Shown here: positions 9,166 to 19,609 of the stretch, piece after piece | Layout of the letters: each line of letters begins with the position of its first letter | How positions within the stretch are numbered: the stretch's first letter is position 1 | Assembly (NCBI GenBank): GCA_963723515.1 | Contig: CAVRQT010000003.1 | Location: 704,001 to 768,000 of the forward strand | DNA length: 64,000 bases | Source: Vulcanimicrobiota bacterium | GTDB taxonomy: Bacteria; Vulcanimicrobiota; Vulcanimicrobiia; Vulcanimicrobiales; Vulcanimicrobiaceae | Direction: 5' to 3' | Notes under the pieces: generated by a model | Told to the model about the DNA's origin: nothing | Databases searched by the model: none | The model's input: only the letters and a program-made list of their open reading frames with translations | Position numbers and translations under genes: made by a program

Positions 9166-12100
9166 TTAGGGCGCTGACTCACGCACGTTCGCTGCGCCGA
9201 AGATGCGGTCGAGCTCGCGTTTGACCAGATGACTGGACGAAACGGAACGCGCCATTCGCTGGGAAGCGCTCCCGGCGTGAATTACGACCGGCACGGTACC
9301 GGGCCACTCGTCGGCGAGGTGCGCTAAGCGATCGATCTGTTCGCGATTTTCCGCCACAACGTGCCAGCCCGATGGCTCGCGATTGTGAATCGGTCTGGCG
9401 AAAGGCGAAACCTCATTTGCCGTAACGGAATACTCGATCAGCGGCTCGGCGCCAGGCGTCGCGCCGGGCCGTTCTCGCAAGCGTACCCGGCCGCGAATCA
9501 CCAAGATATTATCGGGAACGAAGTGCGCTTGGAAGAGCGGATATTGTTTCGAGAAGAGCACGACTTCGATGCTGGTGCTCAGATCCTCGATCGTCGCAAT
9601 CAAGATTTGCTGTTGCGATTTCGTTAACGAGCGGCGCACGTTCATCACCATGCCGGCGACAGTGACGAACTCGTCGTCGGCACTGTTGCGCACTTCTTTG
9701 ATCGGGATCGCACGCGTTTGGGCGAGTGCGTCGGCAACATCGGCCAGCGGATGTCCGGAGATAAAAACGCCAAGCGTTTCCTTCTCCCACGTGAGCATTT
9801 CCAGCGTCGTCGGAGGCGGACTCGGCCGCAGACGCGGTATGAGACCGCTGAGGTCTTGGTTTTGTTCACCGAAGAGCGACGCTTGGCCGCGCTCGGCATC
9901 TCGCGATGCGCTTGCGCCGAGCTCCAACGCGATGTCGATCGAGTCGAGAAGTGCCGCGCGATTCCCCGGGAGTGCATCGAGCGCGCCCGCTTTCACGAGC
10001 GATTCGAAGACGCGCCGATTCACGGCCCGCGTATCGACGCGCCGCGCAAAATCGAAGATGTCGGTGAACGGGCCGCCTTGCTCTCGCGCCTCCAAGATCG
10101 ATGCGACGGCGTTTTCGCCGACGCCCCGAATCGCAGCCAAACCGAAACGAATCTGGTTGTCGACCACCGCAAAATCGACGAGCGACTCGTTGATATCCGG
10201 CGCAAGCACCGGGATGCCCATACTCTTCGCCTCGTCGATATACTCGACCAGTTTCTCCGTTCTATCGCGAACCGAGGTCATCAAGGCGGCAAAATACGGT
10301 AGCGGATAGTTGGCCTTTAAATAGGCGGTCTGGTAGGCAATCCACGCATACGCGGCGGCGTGGCCTTTCGGGAAACCGTAGCCTGCGAAGGGCTCGACGA
10401 ACGCGAAGACTCGTTCCGCGAGCGTTCGCGAGACCTCGGATGTCGCGATCGCGCCTTCAACGAATTTCTTGCGGTACTCAGGCACCTTCTCTTTCTTCTT
10501 CTTCCCCATGACATCACGCAATTGGTCCGCCTCGGCCATGGTGAAGCCGGCGAAATCTCGCGCGATCTGCATGATCTGTTCTTGGTAGATCGGGATGGAG
10601 TACGTATCGCTGAGGATCGGCTCCAATTTGGGGTGCAGATATTCCGGTTTCGTGCGTCCGAATTTATTGCTGATGAAGCGCGGAATCAGTTCCATTGGCC
10701 CCGGCCGGTAGAGCGCTACGAGCGCAATGATATCGTCCAGACCGGACGGCCGCAATTCAGCGCAAACACGTTTCATGCCCTCGGATTCCAATTGGAAGAC
10801 GCCCATCGTCTCGCCACGTCCGAGCATCTCGAACGTCTTCGGATCGTCATCGGGGAGATGCGCGAGATCGAATTGCGCATCGACGGTGCGGCGGATCTCA
10901 TCGACAGCACTCTTCATGACGGTCAGATTGCGCAAACCGAGAAAGTCCATCTTCAATAGGCCGATGCGCTCGATCCAGCCCATCGAGTACTGGGTGTTAA
11001 CTTCACCTTCCGCAAGTTTGATCAGCGGCGAGTGGTCGACGAGCGGGTCCGCTGAAATAACAACCCCCGCTGCGTGCGTTGAGGCATGGCGCACCAGTCC
11101 TTCGATTGCCTTTGCCGTATCGAGCAGCTTGCGAACCTCGGGCGAGCGGTTATACATCGAGCGCAGATCGGAAATCTGATCGAGCGCCGTTCCGATTGAA
11201 AGCGCGCCCGGGCCGGCTGGGATCAACTTCGCGACGCGGTCGACGTCAGGCAGCGGCACTCCCAGCGCGCGCCCAGCATCGCGTACCGCGGCACGCGTTT
11301 TCATCGTTCCGAAGGTGACGATTTGTGCGACGCGATCCGCTCCGTACTTTTCGGCAACATACCTGATCACTTCACCGCGGCGCTCGACGCAGAAATCCGT
11401 ATCGATGTCCGGCATCGAGATGCGATCGGCGTTCAAGAAACGCTCGAAGAGCAGATTGAATTTGAGCGGATCGAGGTCGGTAATACCGAGCACATAGCTG
11501 ACGACCGAGCCGACTGCGGAGCCGCGACCAGGCCCGACCGGGATGTCGTTGTCGCGCGCGAACTTGATGAAATCCCAGACGATCAGGAAGTACGACGCAT
11601 AGCCCATCGTCGTAATCACGTCGAGTTCGTGCTCGAGCCGTTCTCGTAGCGCCAAATCCGTTGCGGCGCGCGCCGCGCCGTAGCGGGCGATCAAACCCTC
11701 TTCGCAGAGGTGCCGCAAATAACGTTCAGGCGTCGCCGCGCCGCTTCCATTCGGCGGCACAGCATATTCGGGCAGCCGGTAGAGCCGCTCAGGAAAGCGT
11801 AAATCGACGCGTTGCGCAATCGCGAGCGTGTTGTCGCATGCTTCCGGCAGATCGGCGAAGAGTTCGCGCATCTCTTCAGGCGATTTGACGTAGAACTCGT
11901 CGGAGTAAAACTTCATCCGGTTCTCGTCAGAGATCGTCTTGCCCGTACCGATACAGAGCAGAACGTCATGCGCCGGCGCATCGGCGCGGTTCAAATAGTG
12001 CGAGTCGTTCGTCGCGACGATCGGCACGTTGAGCTCTTGCGCAATCCGCAGGATGCCTTCGTTGATCAACTGTTCTTCCGGCATCCCGTGGCGCATGATT

Positions 12101-12612
12101 TCAAGATAAAAACGATCGCCGAAGATTTCGGAATAGGTCTTGGCCGCAGCGCGCGCTTTCTCGTGATCGCCTTTGAGCAGCGGTGCCGCGACCATGCCGG
12201 ACATGCAGCCCGAAAGCGCGATCAAGCCGCTTTGATGTTCGGCGAGAAGCTCGAGATCGATCCGCGGCTTGTAATAATGGCTTTCAAGCGAAGCTTTCGA
12301 AACGAGCCGCACGAGGTTGCGGTATCCGCCGTGATCCGCCGCGAGCAGCGTAACGTGTGCTTCTTCGCGGATCGAACGATCGAAGCGGCCGCGCGGCGCA
12401 ACGTACGCTTCACATCCGATGATCGGATTTAGGCCGTACTGCTTGGCGGCGTAATAGAATTCCATAGCGCCGAACATGACGCCGTGATCGGTAAGTGCAA
12501 CCGCCGGCGCTCCATGCTCTGCAACGCGGCGAGCGAGATCGCCGATGCGGCACGCCCCGTCGAGCAGCGAGTATTCGCTATGGACGTGAAGGTGGACGAA
12601 AGAGTTGCTCAC
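9166..12612 (-). CDS. dnaE: DNA polymerase III alpha subunit
   Basis: FVHLHVHSEYSLLDG PHP domain, GPGRGSA, MPDIDTDF and OB fold; no intein apparent. Confidence 0.98.
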   Translation of the reverse strand: MSNSFVHLHVHSEYSLLDGACRIGDLARRVAEHGAPAVALTDHGVMFGAMEFYYAAKQYGLNPIIGCEAYVAPRGRFDRSIREEAHVTLLAADHGGYRNLVRLVSKASLESHYYKPRIDLELLAEHQSGLIALSGCMSGMVAAPLLKGDHEKARAAAKTYSEIFGDRFYLEIMRHGMPEEQLINEGILRIAQELNVPIVATNDSHYLNRADAPAHDVLLCIGTGKTISDENRMKFYSDEFYVKSPEEMRELFADLPEACDNTLAIAQRVDLRFPERLYRLPEYAVPPNGSGAATPERYLRHLCEEGLIARYGAARAATDLALRERLEHELDVITTMGYASYFLIVWDFIKFARDNDIPVGPGRGSAVGSVVSYVLGITDLDPLKFNLLFERFLNADRISMPDIDTDFCVERRGEVIRYVAEKYGADRVAQIVTFGTMKTRAAVRDAGRALGVPLPDVDRVAKLIPAGPGALSIGTALDQISDLRSMYNRSPEVRKLLDTAKAIEGLVRHASTHAAGVVISADPLVDHSPLIKLAEGEVNTQYSMGWIERIGLLKMDFLGLRNLTVMKSAVDEIRRTVDAQFDLAHLPDDDPKTFEMLGRGETMGVFQLESEGMKRVCAELRPSGLDDIIALVALYRPGPMELIPRFISNKFGRTKPEYLHPKLEPILSDTYSIPIYQEQIMQIARDFAGFTMAEADQLRDVMGKKKKEKVPEYRKKFVEGAIATSEVSRTLAERVFAFVEPFAGYGFPKGHAAAYAWIAYQTAYLKANYPLPYFAALMTSVRDRTEKLVEYIDEAKSMGIPVLAPDINESLVDFAVVDNQIRFGLAAIRGVGENAVASILEAREQGGPFTDIFDFARRVDTRAVNRRVFESLVKAGALDALPGNRAALLDSIDIALELGASASRDAERGQASLFGEQNQDLSGLIPRLRPSPPPTTLEMLTWEKETLGVFISGHPLADVADALAQTRAIPIKEVRNSADDEFVTVAGMVMNVRRSLTKSQQQILIATIEDLSTSIEVVLFSKQYPLFQAHFVPDNILVIRGRVRLRERPGATPGAEPLIEYSVTANEVSPFARPIHNREPSGWHVVAENREQIDRLAHLADEWPGTVPVVIHAGSASQRMARSVSSSHLVKRELDRIFGAANVRESAP

Positions 12613-12794
12613 TTGGGCAACATCATATCCCCGGCCGCTACAACCGCCCAGGAGCGCGTCATCGGCGACTCTCTTTCGACGCGTTTGCCGCGATGCTTCG
12701 CATCGGCCAGGCCACTACTACTGAGGTAGTGGGGCCGGCGCTCTGCGCAGCGTATAAAAGAGAGGGCCACGGAAAAAATCGAAAGGCGCATCCT

Positions 12795-14475
12795 TTGATC
12801 AAACATGACGTAGTCGTCATCGGCGGCGGCTTGGCCGGCATGCGCGCGGCCGTGGAAGCAGCCGAGCGGGGCGCCGACGTTGCGATCGTCTCAAAACTGC
12901 ATCCCGTGCGCAGCCATTCCGGCGCTGCGCAGGGCGGGATCAATGCTGCGTTGGGAAATGCAGCCGACGACACGCCCGAAAGCCATGCCTTCGATTGCGT
13001 TAAGGGCTCGGACTACCTTGGGGACCAGGATGCGATCGAAGCGATGTGCGACGATGCCGCGCGGCAGATCATCTGGCTGGAACATCGCGGCTGCATCTTC
13101 TCCCGGGTTCCAGACGGGAGGCTTGCGCAGCGCCCGTTCGGCGGCGCGGGTTCGCCGCGCACGTGCTACTCCGCCGATGTGACCGGTCTCGTCATCCTGC
13201 ATACATTGTGGGAGCAACTCGAGCGTTTCGGCGTCAAGGTTTACGAAGAATACTTCTGCACGGCGCTTTGCGTTGAAGATGGTGTCGGCAGCGGCGTTGT
13301 TGCCCTCAACATGCGCACCGGCGAGCTTGAATTGATCACCGCCGGGGCGACGATCTTCGCGACCGGGGGTGCCGGGCGAATGTATGCCAAGACGACAAAT
13401 GGCTATTCCTCGACCGCCGATGGCCTTGGAATTGCGTTTCGTGCCGGCCTACCGATCATGGACATGGAATTCGTTCAATTCCATCCGACGTCGCTCAAAG
13501 AGAACGGTGTTTTGCTTTCAGAGGCGGCACGCGGCGAAGGCGCCTACCTTCTGAACGCCGATGGCGAACGCTTTATGTTCAAGTACGCGCCCACAAAAGG
13601 TGAGCTCGCCTCACGTGATGTCGTGTCGCGCGCGGAGTGGACCGAGATCACGCAAGGTCGCGGCATCGATGGTTGCGTGCTGCTCGATCTGCGTCACCTC
13701 GGCCGCGAAAAAATCCTGGAGCGATTGCCGCAGATCCGAGAGCTGGCGCTCGACGCGACCGGCAAAGATGCGATGAAGGAGCCGATTCCAATCCTTCCCG
13801 GGATGCACTATACGATGGGCGGCATTGAAACCGACATCTGGGGCAAGACGCGCATTGACGGCGTGTATGCCGCCGGAGAAACGGCGTGCGTTTCGGTGCA
13901 CGGTGCAAACCGGCTGGGCGGAAATTCCTTGCTTGAAACGATCGTCTTCGGCTCGCGGGCGGCGCAGAACGCAACCGAATACCTCAAGAGTAACGGCGCC
14001 GTTCGTCCGTCGGAGCGAACGCTTAAAGCGGAAGCAGGACCGGATCGGCCAGATGCTGGCGCGCAAAGAGGGCGAGCGCGCGCCGCAAATCCGAAAACGG
14101 CTCAACGCGACGATGTCGGAAAACGCCTTCATCTTCCGCAACGAAGCGCAGCTTCGCAAAGCGTGCGACGACATCCGTGAAGTGCGCGAAGCGATCAAGC
14201 ACGTCACCGTCATGGATAAATCGAAGACGTTTAATACGGACCTCGTCGGAACGCTCGAAACGGAGTTTCTGATCGAAGCCGCGCAATGCGTCGTGCACGG
14301 CGCACTGGCGCGAACGGAGTCACGCGGCGCACAAGCGCGCACCGACTATCCGGAGCGCGACGACGAAAAATGGCTCGTCCATACGCTCGTTTGGCGAACC
14401 GAGGGCGACCCTCGACTCGACTACACTCGTAAGGTGACCTTTACGAAATGGCGACCCGAGGTGCGAACGTATTAA
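12795..14475 (+). CDS. sdhA: succinate dehydrogenase/fumarate reductase flavoprotein (frameshift near 14033, probable sequencing error)
   Basis: TTG start after GAAAGG; GGGLAG, RSHSGAAQGG, QFHPT and HGANRLGGNSL. The C-terminus (RTESRGAQAR...VRTY) is in an adjacent frame. Confidence 0.93.
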
Positions 14476-14476
14476 G

Positions 14477-15436
14477 ATGGCCCGAATAACGCTCGATATA
14501 TTCCGCTTCGATCAAGCGACGGACGACGTTCCGCACCGCGATCGGGTCGAACTTGATATCCCTGAGACGACTACCGTTCTCGACGCCCTTGAAACGGCGA
14601 AGGCAGAGGTTGACGGCTCGATTACCTTCCGCCGCTCGTGCCGTTCGGCGATTTGCGGCTCCTGTTCGATGAACATTAACGGCGTGACGGGTCTGGCGTG
14701 CAAGACGCCGTGCAACACGGTGTTGCGTTCGGACGGCTCGATTCACGTCGATCCGATGCCGAACTTTCAGCCGATGAAGGATCTCGTCGTGCACATGGAT
14801 CCGTTCTGGGACAAGTACACGCGGCTGAAACCCTATCTGCAGCCGGCCGATCGCGATGAAGATCACGAACGCGAGCGCCGCGTCAGCCCGGAAGACATGA
14901 AGAAGCTGGTCGAGGCGGCAAACTGCGTGATGTGCGCGACGTGCTACGCGCTCTGTCCGGTCGTGAGCGTCGATCCAGCCTTTGCAGGCCCGGCGGCGAT
15001 CGCATATGCTTACCGCTTCATCGAAGATGTCCGCGATGGGCAGACCAACGAGCGGCTCGCGCAGATCAACGACGATTACCTCTGGCTTTGTGCGCACTGC
15101 TACGCCTGCTCGTATTGTCCGAAGCATGTCGAGCCGCACGATCGCATCGTGGACGTCAAGCGGCGGACGGTTCAAGAACGCGTGCATATGAACGCGCCCG
15201 GGCCAAGGCATGCGCTCGTCGTGAACAAGACGATTCGCCAAACCGGCATGCTCGCAGAGACGGAAGTCATTCAGGGCACCGTCGGACGATTCAATATCCG
15301 CGGCTTAATCAAGATCACGCCGCTCGCGCTGCGCATGGCGGCCAAAGGCAAGATGCCGCCGTTCTTCTTGCGGCCCATTCCGAAAATCGATGAAGTGCGT
15401 ACCATTTTCGAATCGCTCGAGGTACCGGTATCTTGA
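14477..15436 (+). CDS. sdhB: succinate dehydrogenase iron-sulfur subunit with HdrC-like C-terminal extension
   Basis: SCRSAICGSC, CVMCATCYALCP and CAHCYACSYCP; 319 aa. Confidence 0.92.
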   Translation: MARITLDIFRFDQATDDVPHRDRVELDIPETTTVLDALETAKAEVDGSITFRRSCRSAICGSCSMNINGVTGLACKTPCNTVLRSDGSIHVDPMPNFQPMKDLVVHMDPFWDKYTRLKPYLQPADRDEDHERERRVSPEDMKKLVEAANCVMCATCYALCPVVSVDPAFAGPAAIAYAYRFIEDVRDGQTNERLAQINDDYLWLCAHCYACSYCPKHVEPHDRIVDVKRRTVQERVHMNAPGPRHALVVNKTIRQTGMLAETEVIQGTVGRFNIRGLIKITPLALRMAAKGKMPPFFLRPIPKIDEVRTIFESLEVPVS

Positions 15437-16383
15437 CAACCGCTTTACTTCCTGAACAGCAAGTCCGCGACGCGCATCGCCGCACGCGCTCCGCCGAGAT
15501 GCGTAAATACGGCTTCTTCCCCGGCTGCGTCGCTAAGGAGTCGTGCAAGGAGCTCTTCAACTCGACCATGCTGCTCGCCGATAAGCTCGGCATCGAGCTC
15601 ATTGAATTGACGGCCGCATCCTGTTGCGGCGCCTCGGTCGTCAACGATACGAATCGCGACATCGCTCGCGTGCTCAATGCTCGTACCTACGCGCAAGCAG
15701 AAGCCCTCGGGCTCGACGATGTTATTACGATCTGCTCGACCTGCACCGGGCACATGCGCGCGGCCAACAAAGAGCTGCTTGACTCCGAAGAGCGCATGCA
15801 TGCGGCCAATGCGATCCTCGGAAAATTCGGCGCGAAGTACAACGGGGGCGTCGTCGTGCGCCATCTACTTTGGCTGCTGATTGACGACATCGGCCTCGAC
15901 AAGTTGCGTTCGATGGTCGTGCGGCCCCTCAACGGGTTGCGCGTGGCGCCGTTCTACGGCTGTCACATCATTCGTCCCGAATCGGTCAATGGCTGGGAGT
16001 CAGCGCGCAATCCGCATTCGCTTGAAGACGTGATCGAAGCCATCGGCGGAGAGGCAATCGACTATGCCGGCAAGACGCGCTGCTGCGGCTTCCATATCCA
16101 ACTAGAAAAGGAAGGCACCGCCGCGTCGATGGTCGGGCAGAACATGCGCATCGCGAAAGATAAAGGCGCCGAAGTTGTTTTAACGCCGTGTCCACTGTGC
16201 CACCTTGCGCTCGACGGCTATCAAGCCGATGCGGCGGCGCGCTGGGGAAGAACGGATCTGCCAACGTTCCATCTTCCGCAATTGGTTGCGTTTGCGCTCG
16301 GCGTGCCCGCCGAAAAACTCGGACTCAACAAGCACCTGATCGATCCGCGCCGCATTTTGACCGAACGCGAACTGATCGCCTAA
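15433..16383 (+). CDS. CCG-domain (HdrB-like) subunit, type E SQR anchor
   Basis: FFPGC, SCCGA, CSTC, FYGC, RCCG and PCPLC; overlaps the sdhB stop. Confidence 0.9.
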   Translation: MTTALLPEQQVRDAHRRTRSAEMRKYGFFPGCVAKESCKELFNSTMLLADKLGIELIELTAASCCGASVVNDTNRDIARVLNARTYAQAEALGLDDVITICSTCTGHMRAANKELLDSEERMHAANAILGKFGAKYNGGVVVRHLLWLLIDDIGLDKLRSMVVRPLNGLRVAPFYGCHIIRPESVNGWESARNPHSLEDVIEAIGGEAIDYAGKTRCCGFHIQLEKEGTAASMVGQNMRIAKDKGAEVVLTPCPLCHLALDGYQADAAARWGRTDLPTFHLPQLVAFALGVPAEKLGLNKHLIDPRRILTERELIA

Positions 16384-16464
16384 CGCCCCTCGCATCACGC
16401 GACAGCTTCCGTCACTGACGGCCAGGCGCAGTCGTTTTCGCCTTATGCGTTATGCGGCTAGCTC

Positions 16465-17946
16465 ATGACTTCGGCGGCACGCCATTTCTGTATGCGCACG
16501 CTCGTTGTCGTTTTCGGCTTCTTGATGACTGCGGCCGCATCGCCGCAAGATAGTGCGCATCTTGATGTACAAATGTCGCTCTCCTCGCACACCGCCTTAG
16601 TCGGCGAGCCCGTGTGGGTGGAGGTCCGGGTTACGAATCACTCCCGGGAGGCAATGCGTGTTGATATGGGAACGGCGTGCTGTGGCGCTAAAGAAGTGAC
16701 GATTCAGATTCCGCAGGCGGACCCTAGCAATCAAGAGCATATCCGCTGCGGCTCCGGCACCGGGCTCGCCATGACCTGCGGGTGCCTCTCCGAACTGCCG
16801 TTTGAGATCGGCCCCGGAGCAAGCCTTACGCGTCGATACGTTCTCGAAGGCGATTTTCGAATTACGCATGCGGGCACCTATCGTGTGCTGCTTGAGAAAA
16901 AAATTCCTTACGGACCAAAGCTTCCGGCATCGGCGGTAGGCACGCCGCAGGCCTATTTTGACTTGAAGCACTCGCAGACGGTCCGCTTAAGTGAGACGCT
17001 TAAAGAACTCCCGGCCAATGACCGCAAGCTATTGCGGATCGAACAAAAACTCGCCCAACGTGTCGCCTCTCCGATGCCGACGCCGTCGTATCCCCCGGAC
17101 GTAGACATCGACAAGCTGCGCCGCATAATCGACGCCTGGAGAAAGGCGCAGGATCAGGCGTCGCGCCTCCAGCTTTCGCTGGCTCAAGGCATGATGGCGT
17201 ATCCCGTTAAAGGCATGGAGCCGCTCTTTGGCTCATGGCTTGAGCAAAACAACACGTCGTTTGCGGACTGGGCGATTGTTGCGCTGTCGCACCTCAACAC
17301 GCGCGAATCTCGCGACATCTTGGCGCGTCAAGCAGCATCACCCGATAAACCAACTGATATCTCGTTTCAAACGCATCGCTGGGAGGCGTTAGATGCGCTT
17401 GCCAAGATGGGCGATACGTCGTATGTATCTTTATTTGAAAGGCTTACCGGCGATCAAAATCACGACGTCCAGCGGATGGCGATCTTTGGTCTAGGTTTGC
17501 TCGGCGGAGAAAGAGAGCTTCCAGTGCTGAATGAATTGGCTCGGCATGGGGCCACCGCGTTCGACCGCGGCGATGCTATTCTAGCGATAGGAGAAACTCG
17601 ATCACTGCGCGCCGTCCCGATTTTGATTCAACTTTTCACGTTGCCTGACTCCGACCAGCCGAGCGCCTCCGACTATTCGCTCTTTCTCTTGACGCACCAC
17701 GAGCTCACAGCCGTAAATCAGTTGCGCACGCCGCTCGAAGCACAGAAGGCGTGGAACGATTGGTGGAGCACAAATGAGAAAACGGCGCGCGCGTACGGTC
17801 CTTTTGAGTGCGCAGTTCCAAATTCAACTAAAAGAACTGTCATGTCGGAGGCACGCTGTAAGGTGATCTTTAGTGACGACGGCGCCATGAGGCGAGAAAG
17901 ACATCGACGCCTAGCTTTTTTCGAGCGCTCCGTTTTGGACCGATAG
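16465..17946 (+). CDS. secreted protein with Ig-like N-domain and HEAT/PBS-like repeats
   Basis: Signal-like N-terminus and helical repeats (RWEALDALAKMG, VQRMAIFGLGLLG, RGDAILAIGE); the 3' end is uncertain. Confidence 0.65.
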   Translation: MTSAARHFCMRTLVVVFGFLMTAAASPQDSAHLDVQMSLSSHTALVGEPVWVEVRVTNHSREAMRVDMGTACCGAKEVTIQIPQADPSNQEHIRCGSGTGLAMTCGCLSELPFEIGPGASLTRRYVLEGDFRITHAGTYRVLLEKKIPYGPKLPASAVGTPQAYFDLKHSQTVRLSETLKELPANDRKLLRIEQKLAQRVASPMPTPSYPPDVDIDKLRRIIDAWRKAQDQASRLQLSLAQGMMAYPVKGMEPLFGSWLEQNNTSFADWAIVALSHLNTRESRDILARQAASPDKPTDISFQTHRWEALDALAKMGDTSYVSLFERLTGDQNHDVQRMAIFGLGLLGGERELPVLNELARHGATAFDRGDAILAIGETRSLRAVPILIQLFTLPDSDQPSASDYSLFLLTHHELTAVNQLRTPLEAQKAWNDWWSTNEKTARAYGPFECAVPNSTKRTVMSEARCKVIFSDDGAMRRERHRRLAFFERSVLDR

Positions 17947-18304
17947 CTCCCACCGGTAGCCGTCCGGGTCGTGAAACCAGAGACCCATGTGAGGTGATCC
18001 CGGACCTTCGGGTCCGATTTCGTCACCAGGATCCTCGAGCTCGACACCCGCACGCTTGAGCGCCTGAAGCGCTGCTCGCAGCTCGGCCATGTCCTTCAGG
18101 TGAAACGACATGTGCTCCAGAGCGTCAGGAGCGGGCCTTCCTTTATATAGGGCGATCGTGATCGCATCGTTGCTGACGGCGATCCCGTCCGTGAACCGGA
18201 AGTCTTCCTTAAGATCGAAGTGGTCGGTCCAGAATCGCGCACTGCGTTCCGGATCGCTCACCGCCAAGCTGAAGTGCCCGACGACGCCGAGTCTTGATCG
18301 TCAT
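17911..18304 (-). CDS. VOC/glyoxalase family protein (frameshift near the 5' end)
   Basis: GHFSLAVSDPERSARFW, EHMSFH and FHDPDGYRWEL; ATG 18304 joins via an indel. Confidence 0.85.
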
Positions 18305-19505
18305 TGCAGCCCGCTTTCGAAGTTGCCGACGTTGCCCGAATAATGTCGAGCACGCGATCTGACCGGCAATCCGTAAAACGTCACTCCCTGACGACCCGTC
18401 AACGTTCGTGCTGAAAAGAGGGCATCGTAGATCGCATATTCGGTCGCTTCCACGGTAGCTCCATAAAGGGCGTCGAGCGTATCGACGTCTTCGAGCGGTC
18501 TGGCCAGCCGGCGGCAAAATGTTATAGTCCGCCGTCACGCTTGTACAAATATCCGTGTGCTGAACGCGATGAAGAGATCGCCGCTGCCGACGTTGACGTC
18601 AAACCTACGCGCCCCATTCCGAGCGAGACGCGTTTCGCAAGTGCATGCAAGTTGCCGATGGTCGAGCGGCGCGTTCGTTGCGACAACGACGATGATGCTG
18701 CCGTCACTCTGCCGTCCCGCGCGGATTTGATGGCACCCGCGCGCTTCGGAAAAATGGGAAGGTACTCGTGCTGCGAGATGCGGCCAACATGAACGCCGTC
18801 GATCGTAAGCAAGGCGCGCGCGATGAACCGGTGTTGTCGTTGACGAGAACGCCGACGACATAGCCTCCCAGATTCGCGGGAAGCACACGCGATGCCGAAC
18901 CGATGCCGGCTTTAAAGCCGAATGCTCGCATGCCGGTTCCTGCGCCGACGCTGCCGCGCGCAAACTGTCCGCTTTTGGCCGTTCCATGTAGTGCCGCGAC
19001 ATCATTGCGAGCTGACGTGGCGCCCGCGGATGTCGTTCAGCGATTGATCGTCGCACTCAGCGACGACTGGAAGCGGAACATCGTCACCGATGCCGATTTG
19101 CGGATACCGCTGCATCATCCAAGTGACGACGCCGTCATCCGCAAGTCCGACATCGAGCGTGTCAGTGAGCACGATCGGCGTTTCGAGATAGCCGGCTTCA
19201 TCGACCCAATGGGTGCCCGTCATCTCGCCATTACCGTTGTAGGCTTCGGTTGCTGCCGCGACTTTGACATTCCAAGGATCGGCGTCCGGCAAAATCGCCG
19301 TCGCGCCGGTGCGGATATCGGTTCCTTCGATCTTTGTCAGATGTGCGACTCGCACGCCCGGTACATCCGTGATTCCATCGAAGCGTCCGCGTGCATACAT
19401 TCCGCCTTCAGGCGCTGCACGGAGCGGCCAAAGCGGAGCGGTAATGCAAAAGAGCGCGAAAACGAGCGACAGCGCAAGCTGCGGCGTTACTTTTCGCCTT
19501 GACAC
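18301..19505 (-). CDS. DmpA/P1 family (S58) aminopeptidase, secreted; several frameshifts
   Basis: ITDVPGVRVAH, RTGATAILP, NGNGEMTG, PVVAECDD, DGSIIVVVATNAPL and GSGDLFIAFST, spread across shifting frames. Confidence 0.8.
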
Positions 19506-19609
19506 GCGGCGTAGTTTACAGGACACTGGATGGACGCCTGCTCCTGCAGGCGTCACCTTTTCAGTCACCTAAAATGGTTGCAATTGCAGGTTTCGGAGGA
19601 TGCCTTAGG

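Noticed and set aside
9166..12612. Intein in DnaE
   Set aside because: Normal length, continuous motifs, and no intein splice-junction block seen.
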